Shown: positions 29,874 to 40,280, numbered from the stretch's first letter. The stretch: DNA of 64,000 nucleotides from Dehalococcoidia bacterium (GCA_965249275.1 CBDFLQ010000005.1:480001-544000); one strand, 5' to 3'. Numbers and translations: made by a program. Notes: generated by a model not told the origin, from the letters alone.

Positions 29874-30608
29874 ATGGCCGAAGAGATTACGACTTCAACA
29901 ATCTCATATGAGGCGGGTGGGGAAGAGGTGACGGGATACCTGGCTCGGCCTGCCTCCGGGGAGCCTCATCCCGGGATGATAGTTATACAGGAGTGGTGGG
30001 GCGTGGATGGGCATATCAAGGACCTCGTGGAGAGATTTGCACGGGAGGGTTACGCAGCGCTGGCCCCCGACCTGTACACGTATGCCGGGCATCGGGTGAC
30101 CAAGGATGCCGACGAGGCGGCCAAGCTGGCCGAAGAGCTGCGTTACGACACGGCGATGGGCTATTTGAGGGGAGGGGTGGAATATTTGAAGGCGACCGGG
30201 GTTGCGGCGGACAGGATAGGGGCGGTGGGCTACTGCCTGGGCGGGAGCTATGCGTTGTTGATGTCGTGCCAGGACACGGGCATCGGGGCGGCGGCGGCGT
30301 ATTACGGCCAGATCGTGAATGAAGAGCCGACGGAGGAGAACCCAGTCAATCCGATAGATATGGTGCCCCAGATGTCATGCCCGCTTCTTTTCGTCCACGC
30401 AGGACTGGATGAATGGATTACCTTAGACCACGCAGACAGGCTGCGGGAGGCAATGGCGTCGGCGGGCAAGGAGGGAGAGGTGAAGTCCTACCCGAACGCC
30501 CAGCACGCGTTCTTCAATGACACCCAGCCAGACATCTACAACGAGGATGACGCCGAGGACGCCTGGGAACGCACCTTGAAGTTCTTCGGGAAGCACCTGG
30601 CGGCTTGA
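29874..30608 (+). CDS. Dienelactone hydrolase family protein
   Basis: VIQEWWG, ALAPDLY, VGYCLGG, AQHAFFN; ATG 29874. Confidence 0.93.
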   Translation: MAEEITTSTISYEAGGEEVTGYLARPASGEPHPGMIVIQEWWGVDGHIKDLVERFAREGYAALAPDLYTYAGHRVTKDADEAAKLAEELRYDTAMGYLRGGVEYLKATGVAADRIGAVGYCLGGSYALLMSCQDTGIGAAAAYYGQIVNEEPTEENPVNPIDMVPQMSCPLLFVHAGLDEWITLDHADRLREAMASAGKEGEVKSYPNAQHAFFNDTQPDIYNEDDAEDAWERTLKFFGKHLAA

Positions 30609-30723
30609 CGGGGCTCGGGGTTAAGCTTTAGTCTGCCGCTTCGTTGAAAGGACTGGGTTTGAGGCCAAACAACGTTCGTCTTGTCATCTACGACGCCCCA
30701 TGCGATAATTAGCGTTCGAGTCT

Positions 30724-31077
30724 ATGCGTAGAATACTAGATGTAGTAAAGAATTTCAGGCTGGTCTGGCGTCTCTTCTGGGACCAGCGCGTACCTTTGAT
30801 ATTGAAGCTGGCCATGCCCATGTCACTGGGCTATCTGGCCCTCCCCTTCGATCTCCTCAAAGACGTTATCCCCGTGGTAGGGCGTTTCGACGACCTTCTC
30901 ATCCTTGCAATTGCCTCCCTAATCTTCGTACGGCTAGCGCCGCCGCAGGTTGTGCGCGAGCATCGGGAGTCGATTTGGGGCTCGGGGCTGAAGGAAGGCG
31001 ACAAGGTCACCGAAGGCGAATACCGGATTCTGAATGACGACGACAGCGATCAAGGCCCGGCTCGAAAAGGGCGCTGA
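30724..31077 (+). CDS. YkvA/DUF1232 membrane protein
   Basis: DQRVP..LK...YLALPFDLLKDVIPVVGRFDD. Confidence 0.88.
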   Translation: MRRILDVVKNFRLVWRLFWDQRVPLILKLAMPMSLGYLALPFDLLKDVIPVVGRFDDLLILAIASLIFVRLAPPQVVREHRESIWGSGLKEGDKVTEGEYRILNDDDSDQGPARKGR

Positions 31078-31143
31078 TAGCGCCATATTTCAAGGCAACA
31101 ACCAATCTAGCTCGGAAGCAACCAAGAACCAGGAGAATAGGAT

Positions 31144-32271
31144 ATGGCCCGACGACCAGGCGGGGGGGGCGATTTTGACCGGATGCTCGATGCCTTCGGC
31201 CCCGCTGCCCGCAACATAAGCAGGCGCTTCAGAGGCCTGGGCTTGATAATGGCACTGTTAGTGATCGGCCTGATACTCGTTATCTGGCTGGGCACGGGCA
31301 TTTATCAGGTCGACACCGGACAGCTAGGAGTAGTCAGGCGGTTTGGCCAGGAAGTAGGCCAGACGAACCCGGGACTACATTGGCACTGGCCCTCGCCGAT
31401 TGAGCGAGTGGATAAAGTGAGAGTTGAAGAGATCAGACGGCTCGAGGTTGGATTCCGGGTAGTGGACCCCGGGCCTCCTGCCACCATCACTCCCTTCCCT
31501 GTCGAATCCCTGATGCTCACGGGTGACGAGAACCTGGTGGACGTGAAGATGGCCATCCAGGCCCGTATTAACCCCGGGTCGGTCGGGAACACACAGTTGG
31601 AAGTGGATAATCTGGTTCCGCGGCGAGACAGGGGGGCCTCGGCGTTCCTGTTCAATGTATTCGACCCCAACGGGTCGCCGGACCAGGTGACATTGAGAGA
31701 CGCTGCAGAGACCGCCCTGCGCCAGGTAGTTGGTGAGGGGTCTCTGGACGATGTACTTACCGAAGAGCGAAGCGTGATCGAAGACCAGGTCAAGGGCATC
31801 CTTACCGACCTCATGGTCCTGTACGGCACGGGGTTGGAGATTGTCCGGGTGCAGATACAATCGGTGGATCCGCCCACCCAAGTACAGGCCGCCTTCGACG
31901 ACGTGGTGGCAGCCAGAGAGGACCGGGTACGGCTCATAAACCAGGCGGAAGCCTACAGGAACGATATTGTCCCCAAGGCCCGTGGTGAAGCCGAGCAGAT
32001 AGTCCTTAATGCGGAAGCTTCTCAGAGGGCCAGGGTAGCGGAAGCGCTAGGTAAAGCGGCGGAGTTCGACGCCATACTCGCAGAGTACCGTCAGGCACCG
32101 CTGGTCACCCGATACCGGCTCTACCTGGAGACGGTGGAGACGGTACTAGGCGCTACCAGGGAGTTTGTGCTCACGTCTAGCTCTTCGGGGGAAGACGTGT
32201 TGCCGATCCTAAACCTGAATTCATCCGACGAAGAGACAACCAATGCTGCGGCGGCCGAGACTCTGCAATAA
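31144..32271 (+). CDS. hflK: FtsH modulator HflK
   Basis: PGLHWHWPSPIE, MLTGDENLV, PPTQVQAAFDDV, PKARGEA, RLYLETVE. Confidence 0.93.
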   Translation: MARRPGGGGDFDRMLDAFGPAARNISRRFRGLGLIMALLVIGLILVIWLGTGIYQVDTGQLGVVRRFGQEVGQTNPGLHWHWPSPIERVDKVRVEEIRRLEVGFRVVDPGPPATITPFPVESLMLTGDENLVDVKMAIQARINPGSVGNTQLEVDNLVPRRDRGASAFLFNVFDPNGSPDQVTLRDAAETALRQVVGEGSLDDVLTEERSVIEDQVKGILTDLMVLYGTGLEIVRVQIQSVDPPTQVQAAFDDVVAAREDRVRLINQAEAYRNDIVPKARGEAEQIVLNAEASQRARVAEALGKAAEFDAILAEYRQAPLVTRYRLYLETVETVLGATREFVLTSSSSGEDVLPILNLNSSDEETTNAAAAETLQ

Positions 32272-32304
32272 GAGCCGCAGCAAATAAACAGGAGCTCGAA
32301 GCGA

Positions 32305-33630
32305 ATGCCTAAGGCCCTTAAATACGCAATCGGACTTGTAGTCCTAATAATCATCGCGCTGATAGTGATACCCCAGTTTCTCTTCACCGTGGATGAGACA
32401 GACCAGGCCTTAGTGCTGCGGTTTGGTGAATTCAACAGGCAGTTGGTGGAGCCGGGTCTGAAGACCAAGGTGCCATTCATAGAGACGGTCACGAAGTTCG
32501 ACAAGAGATTGTTGCGCTTTGACGCTCCGCCGGAGACGCTCATTACTCTGGACAAGAAGAACCTGATCATCGACGCCTACGCGCGGTACAAGATCACCGA
32601 CCCGAGGAAGTTCTTCGAAACGGTCCTGGATGTTCCCGGAGCCGACGCCCGCCTCAGGGACATTATCTCCGGTGAATTGAAAAAGGAGATCGCGTCCTAC
32701 GACCAGTCCGACATCATCTTGAACCAGAGACGGACAGGAACCATCGACGGCGTTCCGACGATCGTTCAGACGGTGAGGGACGTCAGTAGGGAGAGTGCGC
32801 GTGACATCGGCGTCCAGATAATCGACGTGCGGATCAAGAGAGCGGACTTCACTGAAACGATTAACCAGAGCATATTCCAGAGGATGAATGCTGAGCGGCA
32901 GCAGGAAGCAGCGCTGTTCCGAGCGGAAGGCGCCGAGTTTGATTTCAGGATCCGTGCTTTGGCGGACAGAACTAGAACGATCACTGTTGCGAACGCGATG
33001 CGGGACTCGGACATAATCAGAGGTTGTGGAGAGGCGATAGCGGTTAAGATCTTCGCGAGCGCCTTCAACAAAGACCCTGAATTCTACAACTTCCAAAGGA
33101 GCCTGGAGGCCTATTCCAATGCCCTGTCCGAGCAGGACACACTAGTATTGGAAGCCAATTCCGACTTCTTCCGGTATCTGAACAACTTCGAGGGACGACT
33201 GAACGGAGAACTCCCGCCACTCTTCCCGGGTTCCGAGGGCGAATCGACCCTTAGCCAGACCGGCTTAGCCGGGGCTGCGAGCGAGGAAGTATCCCTAATT
33301 GAATCCTACACCACTGACCTGGTAACAGATTTGATCTGGGAGTGCGAGCGGGGGAGCGGCTTCATACAGGACTTTGCGGGAACCGTCGAATCGGTAGAGG
33401 TTGTGTCCACGTTTGAGGCCGGTCTAACGACCACGATCATTGAATGGAACGTAAACGGAGCGGTATTCAAGCTAATTGACTTCGAGACCGAAGTGATAGG
33501 CGAAGCCGAGTTGGATGACATTCTTCCCAGCAGCATCACTGCAGACGACGTAGTAGGCAGAGAGGTTGAGGTGGTGACACGTCGGGAGCCCGACGAGTCT
33601 CGGCTTGCCATACGGGTAACGTTCAAATAG
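32305..33630 (+). CDS. hflC: FtsH modulator HflC with a long C-terminal extension
   Basis: PGLKTKVPFI, DKKNLIIDAY, DVRIKRAD, RMNAER, DPEFYNFQRSLEAY, SDFFRYL, then ~150 extra aa. Confidence 0.9.
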   Translation: MPKALKYAIGLVVLIIIALIVIPQFLFTVDETDQALVLRFGEFNRQLVEPGLKTKVPFIETVTKFDKRLLRFDAPPETLITLDKKNLIIDAYARYKITDPRKFFETVLDVPGADARLRDIISGELKKEIASYDQSDIILNQRRTGTIDGVPTIVQTVRDVSRESARDIGVQIIDVRIKRADFTETINQSIFQRMNAERQQEAALFRAEGAEFDFRIRALADRTRTITVANAMRDSDIIRGCGEAIAVKIFASAFNKDPEFYNFQRSLEAYSNALSEQDTLVLEANSDFFRYLNNFEGRLNGELPPLFPGSEGESTLSQTGLAGAASEEVSLIESYTTDLVTDLIWECERGSGFIQDFAGTVESVEVVSTFEAGLTTTIIEWNVNGAVFKLIDFETEVIGEAELDDILPSSITADDVVGREVEVVTRREPDESRLAIRVTFK

Positions 33631-33659
33631 CCCGACAGAATATACAAGAGGATGACAAT

Positions 33660-33690
33660 GAGGCCGGTCCGCCATAGGCGGACCGGCCTC
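33660..33690. terminator. Bidirectional hairpin terminator between convergent genes
   Basis: GAGGCCGGTCCGCC-ATA-GGCGGACCGGCCTC, a perfect 14-bp stem. Confidence 0.75.
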
Positions 33691-33696
33691 AAGCTT

Positions 33697-33918
33697 TTAG
33701 TCAGGGCTGGGGGAGAGAGGCTTGGAGGCGCGGGTACTGGATATGACGCTCTTGACCCGTTTTTCGAAGGCAGAACGGGGAAGGAGGATGCGGTGTTGAC
33801 AGGTTAGGCAACGGACTCCGATGTCGGCGCCGAGGCGGTAGATCTCCCAGTCGCTGCCTCCGCAGGGGTGAGGCTTGCGCATCCGAACTACGTCTCCGAG
33901 GGAGAACTCTTGAGGCAT
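33697..33918 (-). CDS. DUF951 family protein
   Basis: [33 protein letters not shown]...FEKRVK. Confidence 0.92.
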   Translation of the reverse strand: MPQEFSLGDVVRMRKPHPCGGSDWEIYRLGADIGVRCLTCQHRILLPRSAFEKRVKSVISSTRASKPLSPSPD

Positions 33919-33922
33919 TGCG

Positions 33923-34756
33923 TTAGGCCTTTGCGGCAGCCTCGACTCGGCATTCGTTGATGCGGTCTCGAAGGTCGAGGGCGGCGTCCCGGGCGCGTTG
34001 GGCGAAGTCGGCGCCTTTGGAAGCGTAGAGGACCTGTCGGGAGGAGGCGATGATGAGGCCGGCGCCGTTTGAGTCCAGGCCGTTGGTTACGGAGGCACGC
34101 AAGTCTCCGCCCTGGGCCCCGATGCCCGGGAGAAGGATAGGGAGGTCTGGGCACTGCTGACGGACCCGCCGAAGCTCATCCGGGTAGGTGGCGCCGACAA
34201 CCAGGCCGACGTTGCCGGAGACATTCCATTCGTTGCACCGCGCGGCGACTTCCATGTAGAGAGGTCGTTGCTCACCATTGTCTCGGGAGACGGTCAATAA
34301 CTGGAAATCGGCAGCGCCCGGGTTGGAGTTGCGGCAGAGGACTAGGACTCCTCTATCGGCGTAGGCTAAGAAGGGGGCGAGGGAGTCGCTGCCGAGGTAG
34401 GGGTTAGCCGTGACTGCATCGAAGCCATAGTATTCGAATAGGGACGCTGCGTACGCCTTAGCCGTGTTGCCGATATCTCCGCGTTTGGCGTCCCCGATGA
34501 CGGGAATGTCATCGGGGATGTGCTGCAGGGTGCGGCGCAGGGTCTCGAGGCCGGGGGGGCCGAAGGCTTCGTAGAAGGCCATGTTCGGCTTGTAGCAGCA
34601 GACCAGATCGTGGGTGGCGTCGATAATGGAGCGGTTGAACTCAAAAATATCGTCAATGGGCATGAGGCGGAGGTCGGGGTCCAAGCCTACGCATAGGAGG
34701 CTCTGGTTGGCCTCGGAGGTGCGGCGGAGCTTGTCGACGAAATTGTTGGTGCTCAT
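33923..34756 (-). CDS. pyrF: Orotidine-5'-phosphate decarboxylase
   Basis: [41 protein letters not shown]. Confidence 0.96.
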   Translation of the reverse strand: MSTNNFVDKLRRTSEANQSLLCVGLDPDLRLMPIDDIFEFNRSIIDATHDLVCCYKPNMAFYEAFGPPGLETLRRTLQHIPDDIPVIGDAKRGDIGNTAKAYAASLFEYYGFDAVTANPYLGSDSLAPFLAYADRGVLVLCRNSNPGAADFQLLTVSRDNGEQRPLYMEVAARCNEWNVSGNVGLVVGATYPDELRRVRQQCPDLPILLPGIGAQGGDLRASVTNGLDSNGAGLIIASSRQVLYASKGADFAQRARDAALDLRDRINECRVEAAAKA

Positions 34757-34887
34757 GGGATAATCGTATCATCTATGCGAGGGTGGGGGGAGGGGGATCA
34801 CGAGAGTCGACCTTATGGGGGTAGGGCGAGCGGATTCCTACCTGCTTATAGAAGAGCCTTTTCTGAAAGAGCGAGCATTTTGCAGAT

Positions 34888-35580
34888 ATGAGGATGGCAT
34901 CAGGGCTAAGGGAGGGGCGGTTTGGGGAGAGGTTGAACAGGTTTTTGGCTCGGGTGGAGGTGGATGGGAAGGAGACGATGGTGCACGTGCCGAACTCGGG
35001 GCGGATGAGGGAGCTGTTCGTGCCGGGTGCGACGGTGTACGTGTCTCCCGGCGTTACGCCCGGGCGTAAGACGGCCTTCGATCTGTGCCTGGTCTCGATA
35101 GACGGTGTTCTGGTGTCGTGCGACTCGCGGCTGCCGCCAGCGGTAGTGGCTGAAGCGCAGAGATTGGGAAGGATTGAGGAGTTCGACGGGTATCCTGTGA
35201 TCGAGAGGGAGAGGACCTTTGGGGACAGCCGGCTCGACCTTTGTTTCTCGGGGCCGAGGGGTCGGGTGTACGTGGAAACGAAGTCGGCGACGCTGGTCAG
35301 TGGCGGGAGAGCGCTTTTCCCGGACGCTCCGACTACGCGAGGGACGAAGCACGTTCGGACGCTGATGAAGGCGGTGGACGAAGGACACGGGGCGGCGGTG
35401 GTATTCGTGGTGCAGAGGGACGATGCGACCTGCCTTTCGCCGAACAGGGATGCGGACCCGGAGTTTACCTCGGTGCTGGAGGAGGCGCAGAGTAAGGGAG
35501 TTGGGGTGTACGCGTATGTGTGCCGGGTGACGTTGGAAGAGATAAGCCTCGGGGCGAGGGTTCCGGTGGAGTTTCGATGA
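34888..35580 (+). CDS. sfsA: DNA/RNA nuclease SfsA
   Basis: RLNRF, HVPNSGRM, SRLD, ETKSATL, FPDAPTTRGTKH. Confidence 0.95.
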   Translation: MRMASGLREGRFGERLNRFLARVEVDGKETMVHVPNSGRMRELFVPGATVYVSPGVTPGRKTAFDLCLVSIDGVLVSCDSRLPPAVVAEAQRLGRIEEFDGYPVIERERTFGDSRLDLCFSGPRGRVYVETKSATLVSGGRALFPDAPTTRGTKHVRTLMKAVDEGHGAAVVFVVQRDDATCLSPNRDADPEFTSVLEEAQSKGVGVYAYVCRVTLEEISLGARVPVEFR

Positions 35581-36260
35581 GCGAGGCAACGCCCGGCGAT
35601 ACGGGGACGATAGTGAGGCAGGTTTATGACCTGTTGTACGAAAGATACGGACCGCAGGGCTGGTGGCCAGCCAAGACAAAACTTGAGGTTGTACTGGGTG
35701 CGATATTGGTGCAGTCGACTGCCTGGGGTAATGCGGCGAAGGCGTTGGATGCGATAAGAGAGGCAGGAGCCCTTGACGTGGCGGTTCTGGCTCGGTTGCC
35801 GGAGGGGGAGATTGGGGAGTTGGTGAGGTCGTCGGGGTTCTATACGGTGAAGGCACGCCGGGTGAAGGCTTTCGTGGAGCACGTTATGGAGGGGCACGGG
35901 GGCGACCTGGATGCGATGCTGAATCAAGACGCGGCGGAGTCGAGGAGAGAGCTGCTGGGGATTCATGGGATAGGAGAAGAAACGGCAGACTGCATCGTGT
36001 TGTACGCGGCTGGGAAGCCGACATTTGTCATAGATGAGTACACGAGGCGGATCGTGGGGCGGCTGGGTGTGGGGCCAGGAGGGCGGAGGACATACTCGGA
36101 TTACCAACGGCTGTTCGAGGATGCAATGGTGTCGGATGCGGGGGTGTTTGGGGAGTACCATGCTTTGCTGGTGATGTTGGGGAAGGACGTCTGTCGGAAG
36201 AGCCCACTGTGCCTCGGGTGTGCCTTGAATGAGGTGTGTGAATATGGGAGGAGGAAGTGA
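35577..36260 (+). CDS. HhH-GPD endonuclease III-related glycosylase
   Basis: ATGA overlap with sfsA; WWPA, GAILVQSTAW, LLGIHGIGEETAD, C-x5-C-x2-C-x5-C Fe-S motif. Confidence 0.92.
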   Translation: MSEATPGDTGTIVRQVYDLLYERYGPQGWWPAKTKLEVVLGAILVQSTAWGNAAKALDAIREAGALDVAVLARLPEGEIGELVRSSGFYTVKARRVKAFVEHVMEGHGGDLDAMLNQDAAESRRELLGIHGIGEETADCIVLYAAGKPTFVIDEYTRRIVGRLGVGPGGRRTYSDYQRLFEDAMVSDAGVFGEYHALLVMLGKDVCRKSPLCLGCALNEVCEYGRRK

Positions 36261-36441
36261 TAAAAATAAGGTCACTTCCTACGAGGACTAAAGTCGGCTA
36301 TCATTCCCCAATCTAAGCTATGATTCACATGCTTAACCCGATCCCGCTTTCGTCCCTAAAACGATTGGCGTATCGCGGCGCTGATTGCTTAGCCCTACAG
36401 AGACCGCAGACCCACAAATTTCCCTGGAACGAGGTGATCCT

Positions 36442-36978
36442 ATGATAGGCAGAATGTTGGGCGCTGCCCTGTTGAGGGTAGACACTTACGAGGAGGTGGA
36501 GAGGGAAAGTAGCGCTACTCTACAAGCGCTGCTAGTGGTTGTCCTCGTCACCATCGCAAGCTTGGGTGGCGCGCTGTTAGGTGGCGACAAAGTCGATGTG
36601 GTCAGTGCAGTGATCGTCGGGCTAGTCCGGGGAGTGGCCAGCTGGGCCCTGTGGGCGCTGGCTACCTGGATAATCGGCGCCACTATATGTAAGACGGAGC
36701 ATACCGAAGCCGACTGGGGGCAACTGGCTCGCTGCACGGGGTTCGCTCAGACGCCGCGGATTCTAAACGTGCTTGCCTTCGTACCCGTCGTCGGAGGGCT
36801 GATAGTCCTGGTGGCATCCATCTGGAGTTTAGCGGCAATGGTGGTTGGAGTACGGCAGGCTTTGGACTATACGTCGACTTGCCGGGCTGTGATCGTGATA
36901 CTGCTCGCTCTGATTCCGGTAGCCATCTTGAACGTCATCGTAATATTGCTCACGGGCGGATTTGAGGACCTGGCGTAG
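36442..36978 (+). CDS. Yip1-domain membrane protein
   Basis: GAGG SD, MIGRMLGAALL..YEEVE, GFAQTP, VRQALD. Confidence 0.82.
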   Translation: MIGRMLGAALLRVDTYEEVERESSATLQALLVVVLVTIASLGGALLGGDKVDVVSAVIVGLVRGVASWALWALATWIIGATICKTEHTEADWGQLARCTGFAQTPRILNVLAFVPVVGGLIVLVASIWSLAAMVVGVRQALDYTSTCRAVIVILLALIPVAILNVIVILLTGGFEDLA

Positions 36979-37040
36979 AGACGTCTTAGGTCTGGACTGA
37001 CAACGTAGGAGCGCAACTCTCCGCTGGGCGAAAATTCTAG

Positions 37041-38552
37041 CTAGTCGAGGGAAGCGACGATGCGTTCGGCGAGCATGAGGGTGGGGAGGTTGGTGTTGGC
37101 CCTTGGCACGACAGGCATGATCGAGGCATCGGCGACGTAGAGGTTATCCAGGCCGTGGACCTTTCCTGTCGGGTCGACGACTGCGGCAGGGTCGGAGTCG
37201 GGGCCCATTTTGCAGGCGCCCACGGGATGGTAGTAGTGGAGGCTGTTGCGCCGCACTGCCTCGGTTGAAACCACATTGGCCGTATCGTCAAGCTCCTTCC
37301 CGATGAGCTCGACAAGCGATGGTCGGGCGGCGATCTCCCTGCTCATGTTCACCCCGTCCATGAGTACAGCTATGTCGTTGTCTTCTGGGTCTGTGAGGTA
37401 CCCCGTGTCGATAACCGGACTGCTTTGGGGGTCGGCGTCACGAAGAGTCAGATGGCCTCGGGACTTCGGGGCCATGTTGGCGACGAGGATCTTGCACTGC
37501 CAGTGTCCTGAAGGGTCGGGCCTCGGGGATGCGACAGGTGCGAGGTGCAGGTCGAAAGCCTGACAGCAGCGGCTGCTACGGGTCTTGGCCAGGCTCTGCT
37601 CCGCGAAGACGATCCTGCCGGAGGCGGTAAATTCCTCCATGAGAGAGTTGAAGAGCGGGGTGCCGTGGTAGCTCAGGTTGAAGCCAGGGTGGTCGTGGAG
37701 GTTGGCCCCTACACCGGGCAGATCGATCAGGGTGGAGATATCCAGCTTGGCGAGGTCTTTGGAGGGGCCGATGCCTGAGCGCAACAGGACTGCGGGAGAG
37801 CCGTAGGCTCCGGCGCAGAGGACTACTCGCCCCGCCTCGATTGTCACCTTTTCCCCTGCATGGACTACATCGACCGAAGCTACTCGGGAGTGAGCCACGT
37901 TGATCTTGTCCACCAGGACATCGCCCACTATAGTGAGCCCTTTTTTGTCCCGGACGGGGTCGAGATATGCTAAGGAGGCGTTCCAACGTATCCCGTTCCA
38001 GATGTTGACCGGCGACATAGCAGCGCCAACGTTCTCGTCCATGTCATTCAAGTCAGTGGTATGGGGAATCCCACTGTCGACAATCGCGTCGAGACAGGCT
38101 GCGTGGAACGGGGTTATCTCTTCCGGCGCGAATTCCCGCACACGCAAGCGTGCTGTCGCCCGTCGGAAGTGGGGAAGTAAGTCTTCCGTCGACCAACCGG
38201 CGTTGCCGACAGCGGCCCAGCCGTCGTAGTCGGCGCGGCTGCCCCAAAGCGCGATGCATCCATTGTGAGCCGAGCAACCGCCTATCACTCTGGCGCGCTG
38301 GAGTGAGTGGCCGGGTTGCCCGGAAGAAGCGGAGCTGATGTACGACCAGTCGTGGGTGTCGGCTACGATGCGGCCATCAAGGAGCTCAGTCGGCCAGCGT
38401 TGTTCTGCAAAGGGACCGTAGTCGGGGCCGGCCTCGAGGAGCAATACTGACTGATCGCCGCGTTCAGCAAGGAGGCCCGCTACGGCAGCACCGGCAGTGC
38501 CGCCACCGATGACTACAGTGTCCGAGTGGCAGGGAAGCTGAGAGGGTGTCAT
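37041..38552 (-). CDS. GMC family oxidoreductase
   Basis: IGGGTAG, LLLEAG, GGCSAHN, LLRSGIGP, VGANLHDH, YYHPVGACKMG, ANTNLP. Confidence 0.95.
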   Translation of the reverse strand: MTPSQLPCHSDTVVIGGGTAGAAVAGLLAERGDQSVLLLEAGPDYGPFAEQRWPTELLDGRIVADTHDWSYISSASSGQPGHSLQRARVIGGCSAHNGCIALWGSRADYDGWAAVGNAGWSTEDLLPHFRRATARLRVREFAPEEITPFHAACLDAIVDSGIPHTTDLNDMDENVGAAMSPVNIWNGIRWNASLAYLDPVRDKKGLTIVGDVLVDKINVAHSRVASVDVVHAGEKVTIEAGRVVLCAGAYGSPAVLLRSGIGPSKDLAKLDISTLIDLPGVGANLHDHPGFNLSYHGTPLFNSLMEEFTASGRIVFAEQSLAKTRSSRCCQAFDLHLAPVASPRPDPSGHWQCKILVANMAPKSRGHLTLRDADPQSSPVIDTGYLTDPEDNDIAVLMDGVNMSREIAARPSLVELIGKELDDTANVVSTEAVRRNSLHYYHPVGACKMGPDSDPAAVVDPTGKVHGLDNLYVADASIMPVVPRANTNLPTLMLAERIVASLD

Positions 38553-38601
38553 GGGGTCAGTTAGTCGGGTCTAGAGTTGGCGGACTGTAGATACCGGCAT
38601 A

Positions 38602-38919
38602 TTACACGAGAGGCAAGGCACTCCTGCTGTGTACGCCGCCGATGGCGATTATCCCGGTGGCGTTGTAGCCACCGATAGCGACTACACCAACGCTGTTGAC
38701 GCCGCCGATGGCTACTACTCCCAGGGCGTTAACACCGCCGATGGCAACGAATCCCATACAGTTAATGGGGCCGATTGCGACCAGGCCCATTGCATTCAAT
38801 GCGCTTATCGCGACCAATCCAATGGAGTTCCAGAAACCCGCCGCGACCACCCCAATGGCGCTCTGGCCTGCGGCGACGATATCTACGGTGAACCACCATA
38901 CTTGTCTTGGTTCCGACAT
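38602..38919 (-). CDS. Small Gly-rich 11-residue repeat protein
   Basis: GAAAGGAG SD before ATG 38919; N-x-x-G-x-V-A-I-G-G-x repeated about 6-7 times. Confidence 0.7.
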   Translation of the reverse strand: MSEPRQVWWFTVDIVAAGQSAIGVVAAGFWNSIGLVAISALNAMGLVAIGPINCMGFVAIGGVNALGVVAIGGVNSVGVVAIGGYNATGIIAIGGVHSRSALPLV

Positions 38920-39002
38920 TTGCACCGCTCCTTTCAAGGGGACTATACCATCGATTGCCAACCCGAGGCCCTGGTCCGATACAGGCATCGAAGGAGAGGC
39001 GG

Positions 39003-40115
39003 TCAGACGGTGACAGTATCTCCCATGGAGGAAATATCGTAGCCGCCGAGGGCTTCAACCTGGCGTCGGGAGTAGGGCTGTTTGAGGGTCTCGATAAAGG
39101 CCTGGACCATGGGGAGGTTGAGGAAATGGTTGGGGATTACGAAGTCGTAGCGCTCCTGGCCGAGCGAGACGAAATCGAGGCCACGGGCTTCTGCGGCGGA
39201 GCGGACGCCAATGCCCGCGTCGGCGAGACCGACGGCGACGGTGTCGGCGACTGCCAAGTGTCCCTCGGCGGTGCGTTGGTAGCCATTTATGGAGTCGGGG
39301 GTGAGACCGGCTTGGGATATGAGGCGGTCCATTAGGGCTCGGCTGCCGGATCCCTCCTCACGGTTGATGAAGGAGAGGTCGGGGCGGGAGAGGTCGTCGA
39401 TGGAGGCGACGTTCCTGGGGTTGCCGGCAGCTACGATAAGGCCCTGCTCCCGAACGGCGAAGGTGATGACGGAACAGGGAAAGGGGGCGAGGCGTCGGAC
39501 CCAGGACACGTTGTACTGTCCGGTAGTCTCGTCAAATAGGTGGCAACCGGCGACGTGGGCAGTGCCGGCAGCCAAGTAGGAGAGGGCGGTGTTGCTGTCC
39601 TCGCCGAGGCGGACCATGCGGAAGTCTCGGAGGGCCAAGTCTCGGGAGAGGAAGGGTATGGCGGGGTCGCCGCCCGCCAGGACCAACGTATTGGCCTGGT
39701 CCAAGGGTGCCAGGAGCCGGACCGATACGCCGTCAGGGGATTCGGGAGTCATTGCAATGCCGTCGGCGGGGGTCATGGTGTAGCTGGTGGAGCTACGACC
39801 GGAAAGGGGACGGGCCAAAAGCCTGCCGCCCACAGAGAAGAGCTGTACTCGGGAGGGTATGGGGGATGGGTGGGGGGTGGGGACCAGTTCGGCCCTAACA
39901 GTGCCGCCCTCTTCGAAGGGTAGGAAGAACAGGGACTCGACGGTGCAGCCAAGGGCGCGGGCGAGTCGTAGGGAGACCTCGGTGGAGGGGACGGACTTAC
40001 CGGTTTCTATCGCGACGTAGGCCTGCCGGGAGATGGTGGCCTGTCGGGCGAGGGCGGTTTGGGAGAGGCCGGCGGTGAGTCGGGCGGGTTTGAGGTTTGA
40101 TTTGAGGGTCGGCAT
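39003..40115 (-). CDS. XRE-HTH plus PBP-like (molybdate/tungstate-binding) transcriptional regulator
   Basis: GLSQTALARQATISRQAYVAIETGKSVPS HTH; HVAGCHL, REQGLIV, INREEGSGSR, ERYDFV; ATG 40115. Confidence 0.88.
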   Translation of the reverse strand: MPTLKSNLKPARLTAGLSQTALARQATISRQAYVAIETGKSVPSTEVSLRLARALGCTVESLFFLPFEEGGTVRAELVPTPHPSPIPSRVQLFSVGGRLLARPLSGRSSTSYTMTPADGIAMTPESPDGVSVRLLAPLDQANTLVLAGGDPAIPFLSRDLALRDFRMVRLGEDSNTALSYLAAGTAHVAGCHLFDETTGQYNVSWVRRLAPFPCSVITFAVREQGLIVAAGNPRNVASIDDLSRPDLSFINREEGSGSRALMDRLISQAGLTPDSINGYQRTAEGHLAVADTVAVGLADAGIGVRSAAEARGLDFVSLGQERYDFVIPNHFLNLPMVQAFIETLKQPYSRRQVEALGGYDISSMGDTVTV

Positions 40116-40119
40116 GATG

Positions 40120-40170
40120 TTGATAAATTGTAATGTGTGATTGATAAATTGACAAACAAGATTGTCATAA
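40120..40170. promoter_or_regulatory. Putative operator between the regulator and tupA
   Basis: TTGATAAATTG direct repeat at 40120 and 40141 (21-bp period), plus the inverted pair TGACA-N8-TGTCA. Confidence 0.55.
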
Positions 40171-40280
40171 ATAGAATGCGGTGGATTTTGGGGGAATGCG
40201 GAAGGCAAATGTGTGCTGAAGGAGGGCGACCAGCCGGTCGCCTCTACAGGGAATATGTTTCTGGAAATATTGCTTTTGGG

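Noticed and set aside
34773-36275. 500-aa minus-strand ORF and other long antisense ORFs (e.g. 6454-7917, 53644-54870)
   Set aside because: They are shadow frames opposite clearly identified genes, typical of high-GC DNA.
40170-40280. Moco/Wco riboswitch upstream of tupA
   Set aside because: The visible hairpin is a GTAG-type REP on the minus strand; no recognisable aptamer.
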